A stretch of DNA of 64,000 nt, taken from Candidatus Acidiferrales bacterium. GTDB taxonomy: Bacteria > Acidobacteriota > Terriglobia > Acidiferrales > UBA7541. Positions 59,396 to 64,000 of this stretch are shown in pieces. The stretch is taken from the NCBI GenBank assembly GCA_963741165.1, contig CAVUHB010000004.1:202413-266412 (forward strand), read 5' to 3'. The stretch's first letter is position 1; every line of letters starts with the position of its first letter. The notes under the pieces are model-generated. The model had not been told where the DNA came from. It saw only the letters and a list, made by a program, of their open reading frames with translations, and ran no database searches. A program made the translations under genes and the position numbers.

Positions 59396-60246
59396 ACGAG
59401 TTTGCCCAGTTCACGCAATTCCTCGAGGTAAGCCCCGGTAGCTTCCTTCCAGTCACGCAACTTGATCCCGTACCTGTCGAGGCTTGCGGATGAGAGTACG
59501 GAGTAGGCCGGGCGCTTTGCCGGGCGGCCGGCTTGTGCAGTGGTGATCGGCAGAACGCGTATCGGGCCACGATCGGCTTGCCGCAGGACCTCTTTCGCAA
59601 AATCGAACCAGGAACAGGAGCCGCTATTGGTGATATTCACAAAACCGCGCGCGTCTAGGTGTACCAGGTCACAAATAGCGCCCGCAAGATCGCGGGTATA
59701 GGTGGGCGAACCGAATTGGTCGGCGACAACTGTCAGCTCCGGCCGAGTCTCTGCGGCACGCAGAATTTTTTCAGGGAAGCTCGACCCTCGCGCTCCGAAC
59801 AGCCAGGAAGTGCGGGCGATGCACCAGGCTTGGTGATTCCCCTCGATGGCTCGTTCACCGGCGGCCTTTGACTGGCCGTAAACGTTTAGAGGAGCTACCG
59901 GGTGCTCTGTTTCGATGGGCTCGGTGGCTCGGCCGTCAAAGAGGTAATCGGTGCTGATGTAGAACAGTTTTGCAGCAAACTCTTTGGCAGCAAGTGCAAC
60001 ATTCCGTGAACCGTCCCCGTTGACAGAAAAAGCCAGCTCCGGATTTCGCTCGCTGCCATCCACATCCGTGTATGCGGCGGTAAGGATAATCCAGTCAGGC
60101 CGCGTGCGTGAAACCAGTTGACGGACCTGTTCGAGATTGCGGATGTCGGCATCGCTTGAGGTGGCTGGAATTATTTCGTCCCGTGTCCATACCCGGACGA
60201 GGTCTTGTCCGAGCATTCCGTTGGCACCAATAATCAGGATCCGCAT
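59392..60246 (-). CDS. rfbD: dTDP-4-dehydrorhamnose reductase
   Basis: MRILIIGANGMLG Rossmann start and YISTDYLFDG, typical of the RmlD family. Confidence 0.85.
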   Translation of the reverse strand: MRILIIGANGMLGQDLVRVWTRDEIIPATSSDADIRNLEQVRQLVSRTRPDWIILTAAYTDVDGSERNPELAFSVNGDGSRNVALAAKEFAAKLFYISTDYLFDGRATEPIETEHPVAPLNVYGQSKAAGERAIEGNHQAWCIARTSWLFGARGSSFPEKILRAAETRPELTVVADQFGSPTYTRDLAGAICDLVHLDARGFVNITNSGSCSWFDFAKEVLRQADRGPIRVLPITTAQAGRPAKRPAYSVLSSASLDRYGIKLRDWKEATGAYLEELRELGKLV

Positions 60247-60249
60247 GAG

Positions 60250-60861
60250 CTACTTGTGTTGCGTTTCCCAATCGTAGGCGATGGCAGGATCGTTGTAGGC
60301 GATGCGCAATTCGTCGGACGGATTGTAGTGACGGTCGGTGAAATAGAGGAGTTGGATTGGCTCGACCCCGAGCGCTTTATAGCCGTGGCCAACCCCCGGA
60401 GGAATCAGGATCTCCCAGGGACGAAAGCGGCCGACATAGATGGTGTTGATCTGGCCAAAGGTTTTTGAATGACGGCGAAGGTCGTACAGGAACACCTGAA
60501 CCATGCCGGAAACGGGTGCCCAGAGATCGGTCTGCTGAGAATGATAGTGAATCGCCTTGATGGTGCCCGGGTAGGTGAGGGTGAAGGAAACCTGGATCTG
60601 GCGCTCGCCCTGGGGAACCATCTGCGTGGCGAGCCCCTTGCCAAGTCTTGCAAGCTCCATGAAAAACCCCCGGTCGTCGGGATAGACCTGCAAGGGCTCG
60701 ATTTTCACGCCCTCGATGAGGTCCGGGGAGTCTGGCTTGGCGATGATCTTGCCGAGTGTTTTTTCGCTGCGGCGAAGGATGGCCATTTCGATGCCGTTGA
60801 TGGTGCCGAGCGGAACAATTGCTTCGCTGGTTTGCTGGGGTAACTGAACTTCGCTTGCCAT
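60250..60861 (-). CDS. rfbC: dTDP-4-dehydrorhamnose 3,5-epimerase-like cupin
   Basis: DDRGFF.E, IKAIHYH and PPGVGHGY blocks of RmlC-type epimerases. An alternative ATG lies at 60894. Confidence 0.75.
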   Translation of the reverse strand: MASEVQLPQQTSEAIVPLGTINGIEMAILRRSEKTLGKIIAKPDSPDLIEGVKIEPLQVYPDDRGFFMELARLGKGLATQMVPQGERQIQVSFTLTYPGTIKAIHYHSQQTDLWAPVSGMVQVFLYDLRRHSKTFGQINTIYVGRFRPWEILIPPGVGHGYKALGVEPIQLLYFTDRHYNPSDELRIAYNDPAIAYDWETQHK

Positions 60862-60920
60862 TTGCTTGCTTTCTCCTGAAAGACGAATAGTCATTTTTGG
60901 CGCTGGATAAACTCAAAAAA

Positions 60921-63239
60921 TTATGGGGAACTTTGTCCACCCAGGGCTTGTCTAGCCCGTTCTGCGTAAGGCGATTTGGGATCGGCAGAGATGATTTTAT
61001 CGAACTCGGCGCGGGCTTGCGCCGAATCATTCAGTTTTTGATAGGTCATTCCAAGGTGAAAGCGATAAGCCGGGTTGCCAGGAACTTTCTTGAGACTCTC
61101 TTCGAATAATGGAGCGGCCACAGAATAAGCGCCGTTGTTGTAGTAGGCCCAACCGAGTGTGTCGGCCACGTTCGGCAGCTCCGGCAGGCCTTTACGCGCA
61201 GTCTGGGCGAGTGTCAGCGCTACATTGACGCTGCCCCCATGTTCGAGCATCAGATAGGCGAGATTGTTTGAGGCCAGCGGATTTTCGGGTTGCATCGTGA
61301 GTACTTTTTGATAGATCGTTTGCGCCTGTTGCCAATTTCCCGTGGACTCATAAAGAACGCCAACGGACATGTAAAGCCGAACATCCTTCGGCGAGAGGGA
61401 GATGGCGCGATTATAACTCGCGATCGCCAACTCTTTCTGACCCGTCGCGGCTTGTAATTGTCCAAGCAGAGCGATGGCCGCCACGTTTTTGCCGTCCAGT
61501 GCAATGGCCCGGTTGAGCGAAGTTTCGGCCCGCTCGAGCTGGTTGGCGCGCAAGAAAAGCTCTGCCTCGAGTAAGTGAAGAGTCGAACTATCGGGATTCC
61601 TAGCTACCTGTTCCTGGATAAATTTCGACGCCTCTGCTGACTTGTTCTCCGCCACAAGCGATTGCATCAGTCCGCGGATCGATTCCGTGTAGTTTGGATC
61701 GTGAGCGAGCGATTGACGAAAGAATTTCTCCGCATCGGCTGGGCGCTTTTCAGCGAGACGGAGTTCGCCTAATTTTGCGTAAGGAGCCGGGCTGTCCGGG
61801 GCGAGTTGCTCTACACGCAGCAGGTCTGCTTCGGCGCCCAAAGCGTCACCCTGATTCATTCGGGCTGTGGCGTGGAACAGATAGGCGTCGATCGAGCTCG
61901 GAGAATACTTTTTCAGCTGGTTGCCGACATCTTCCAAAGAACGCCAATCGCCCCGCTCGGCAGACAATGCTCCAAGGGCGAGCCAGACCTGCAGCAGTCC
62001 CGGACGAAGCCGGGCGGCTTCGCGCCACGCGTTTTCTGCCTGCTGAAGATCACCTTTTTGCCGATAGGCCAAACCCAGTTGATAGTGGCCTAGGGCATTC
62101 TCGGGGGCATTCCTGCGGACGAGTTGGAGAGTCTGGATGCTCTGGTCGACCTGATTCTGCTGTAACTCGAGTTGGCCCCGGAGAATAAGCGCTTCGGTGT
62201 CCTGCGGGGATTTTTTTAGGATCTCGTCATTCCGCTTGGCCGCTTCGGTGAAATTGCGATTTGAGATCAACAATTGAACATAGGTCTTTTGAATTCCAAG
62301 ATCGTTCGGATGCTGGGCGGCAAGAGCAGCGAATTCAGCCAGGGCTTTCGCACTGTCTCCGCGCTCGAGGTAATAGTCGCCGAGAAGGCGCGAACCAACC
62401 GGGTCGTCCGGCAGTTGCTGCTTGGCATCGGTCAGTGTTTTTTCCGCGAGTTCGTTTTGTCCCTCGACGAGATACAAGCGTGAGAGTGAGGCGCGCGCCA
62501 GAGGATTTTTCGGAGCAAGAGCAATGGCCGCTTGATATTGTTTCTCGGCGTCCTGCCAGCGTTTTTGCTGTTGATAGAACCCGCCCAAAGTGAGCAGGGG
62601 TACGACTGACCCGGGATCTAGCGACTGCGCTTTTTTCAGGTTTGCTTCCGCATCAACTGCCGCGCCGGTTCTTGCCTGGAGAAGAGCGAGATTTAAGTAC
62701 GGAGTAGCGCGATCGGGCGCCATCTTGGTTGCGGCCGCTGCCGCTTCGAGCGCATCCTGCACGTTGCCTAACGCCAAATCTGTTTCCGACAAAAGAATCT
62801 CGGCTTGGGAGTTATTGGGATCTCCTTTGAGAACGAGGAGCGCCCGATCTTTTGCTTCTTGTTTCTTGCCGCCGGCAAGAAGGACTTTGCCGAGTTCGAG
62901 TTGGGCAGACCAATTGTCGGGTTGCAACTCGACGGTGCGCGTTAGCTCCCGGTACGCAGAGAGCCAACTCGCTTGTTTGAGGTAGCACTGCGCTGCCTTG
63001 TAGTGGGCGGCGGCAAATTGCGGATCGAGTTGCAGGGCGCGCCCATAGGAAATCAAAGCTTCCGCATACTTGCCCTTGTCGAAATCCGCATTGCCCTGCT
63101 CAAAGAATTTCTGCTTACGTACGTTGGGGTCGCGTGAACAGCCGGAAGCAAGAACGACTGCCAGGAAGCAAAGGGCCAGGCAGGCCTTTCCGACAAGTTG
63201 CACGCGTCGTAATCCCGGATTTTGAACTGAGAGGTTCAC
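60921..63239 (-). CDS. TPR-repeat lipoprotein (resembles the PEP-CTERM-system TPR lipoprotein PrsT)
   Basis: Lipobox VLASGC followed by about 20 TPR units along the full length. It is divergent from a PEP-CTERM-locus-type chain-length determinant. The PrsT assignment is an inference from architecture and context. Confidence 0.75.
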   Translation of the reverse strand: MNLSVQNPGLRRVQLVGKACLALCFLAVVLASGCSRDPNVRKQKFFEQGNADFDKGKYAEALISYGRALQLDPQFAAAHYKAAQCYLKQASWLSAYRELTRTVELQPDNWSAQLELGKVLLAGGKKQEAKDRALLVLKGDPNNSQAEILLSETDLALGNVQDALEAAAAATKMAPDRATPYLNLALLQARTGAAVDAEANLKKAQSLDPGSVVPLLTLGGFYQQQKRWQDAEKQYQAAIALAPKNPLARASLSRLYLVEGQNELAEKTLTDAKQQLPDDPVGSRLLGDYYLERGDSAKALAEFAALAAQHPNDLGIQKTYVQLLISNRNFTEAAKRNDEILKKSPQDTEALILRGQLELQQNQVDQSIQTLQLVRRNAPENALGHYQLGLAYRQKGDLQQAENAWREAARLRPGLLQVWLALGALSAERGDWRSLEDVGNQLKKYSPSSIDAYLFHATARMNQGDALGAEADLLRVEQLAPDSPAPYAKLGELRLAEKRPADAEKFFRQSLAHDPNYTESIRGLMQSLVAENKSAEASKFIQEQVARNPDSSTLHLLEAELFLRANQLERAETSLNRAIALDGKNVAAIALLGQLQAATGQKELAIASYNRAISLSPKDVRLYMSVGVLYESTGNWQQAQTIYQKVLTMQPENPLASNNLAYLMLEHGGSVNVALTLAQTARKGLPELPNVADTLGWAYYNNGAYSVAAPLFEESLKKVPGNPAYRFHLGMTYQKLNDSAQARAEFDKIISADPKSPYAERARQALGGQSSP

Positions 63240-63264
63240 ACTTCGCCCTTCGGTTTAAGTAAGG

Positions 63265-63281
63265 TGCAATTTTGCGCCCTG
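63265..63281 (-). promoter_or_regulatory. Weak sigma-54-like element upstream of the TPR lipoprotein gene
   Basis: The minus strand reads AGGGCG-CAAAA-TTGCA. The -12 box is perfect and the spacing is correct, but the -24 box is poor beyond GG. It is very close to the GTG at 63239. Confidence 0.25.
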
Positions 63282-63584
63282 ATTCGACACAAGCAAATAG
63301 ATATCTCTTCCATCGCTCTAACTGCGTGTGGATACAAAGGTTAGTACATTATAAGGGGAAGAAAGCCTCGCCGATTGCTGGGATTTGCTCGGCCACGAGC
63401 AAGCGCCCTACCCCTCGCCGAGAGAATAGCCGGGGCAATAATGGATAGAATACTTCCACTATCGCTGTACTATAGAGGACATGTCGCTTCGGGCACCAGT
63501 ACGCGGGAGTGCTAACGCATTCGTAAAATCATGATAATATGGGTGTTACTGGGCAATAGCGAAAGCCCGGATCGATCGGTGGCA

Positions 63585-63600
63585 TGGCAAGGCCCGTGCT
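63585..63600 (+). promoter_or_regulatory. Candidate sigma-54 (-24/-12) promoter of the EPS chain-length determinant gene
   Basis: TGGCAA-GGCCC-GTGCT with correct spacing. It lies about 110 nt upstream of the ATG at 63709, which has an AAGAGG Shine-Dalgarno sequence. Confidence 0.5.
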
Positions 63601-63708
63601 TTAACCTAGTAGGAACGGTTGCATACTGCCAGTTTGCGATTTCCTATTGGGCTAGAGTTCGAGCAGCACCCTGGAATTTGGTTAGAAAGCGCTAAGCAAA
63701 GAGGTTTC

Positions 63709-64000
63709 TATGGTTCGGAATGGCGAAATAAATGTGGCGGATGTGAAGCGGGTTCTGCGTCGCTATTGGTGGATTTTTCCCATCACGACAATTTTTCTCG
63801 GAATCGCCGGACTTGTCGCGTCACTGGTGCTGCCTAAAAAATATACCTCGCAAACACTGGTGCTGGTCGAACAGCCCACGGTTGGCCCCGAGTACGTGAA
63901 GCCGGTCATCACGGAAGATCTGAATCATCGGCTTGCCACAATGCAGGAACAGATCCTGAGCCGTACCCAACTGCAACTCATCATTGAAAAATTCGGACTG
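63709..64000 (+). CDS. Polysaccharide chain-length determinant (Wzz/GumC-like, PEP-CTERM-locus type); 3' end runs off the window
   Basis: My own translation is MVRNGEINVADVKRVLRRYWWIFPITTIFLGIAGLVASLVLPKKYTSQTLVLVEQP...LNHRLATMQEQILSRTQLQLIIEKFGL. This matches a typical Wzz N-terminus with a TM helix. The ORF is absent from the track because no stop falls within the window. Confidence 0.8.

Noticed and set aside
1-64000. Many 60-330 aa ORFs antisense or out of frame to the called genes, for example 3350..4336, 5728..6783, 22925..24001, 39011..39781 and 56551..57879.
   Set aside because: They are Arg/Pro/Ser/Gly-rich shadows of GC-rich genes, have no recognisable motifs and are fully overlapped by ORFs with clear family signatures.
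1-64000. A search for mobile elements, CRISPR arrays, rRNA, toxin-antitoxin pairs and classic defence genes.
   Set aside because: I saw no transposase, integrase or recombinase motifs, no regularly spaced direct repeats, no terminal inverted repeats flanking any block, and no restriction, Cas, Abi-like or similar signatures. This is visual inspection only, so short or degenerate elements could have been missed.

Overview
A 64-kb chromosomal segment whose gene content looks like an Acidobacteriota (Terriglobia-like) genome. This is an inference from the many TPR or multi-TM Ser/Thr kinases, choice-of-anchor-D type lipoproteins, PEP-CTERM-style EPS genes and GC-rich third codon positions. I support about 50 protein-coding genes. 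I recognised no rRNA, tRNA, CRISPR array, transposase or prophage. Most of the window is housekeeping: dtd, purU, queG, Fe/Mn-SOD, lon, cca, dinB, prmC, prfA, rpmE, a two-domain ThyX, and an Fpg/Nei glycosylase. Accessory content includes a tandem-duplicated M28 peptidase, a LemA-DUF2207 pair, two large Ser/Thr kinases, an S15 peptidase, an RsbW/RsbV-like pair, a PP2C phosphatase, large Ig-like surface proteins, and the edge of an EPS locus (rfbC/rfbD-like genes, a TPR lipoprotein and a chain-length determinant). Two things deserve a second look. (1) At 48.8-55.6 kb lies a compact c-di-GMP / sigma-54 island. It encodes a GGDEF-PilZ fusion, two stand-alone PilZ proteins, a PAS-like histidine kinase, an NtrC-type response regulator and a sensor-less enhancer-binding protein (EBP). 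Near-consensus -24/-12 promoters precede the cyclase and one PilZ gene, and another lies in front of the EPS gene at 63.6 kb. Paralogous surface lipoproteins bracket the island. (2) Five otherwise intact genes (P450, adhesin, glycosyltransferase, esterase, lipoprotein) are each split into two ORFs by a shift of the same sign (+1). This is either a systematic single-base insertion artefact or real pseudogenisation. All family assignments come from motif reading by eye. No database search was run.
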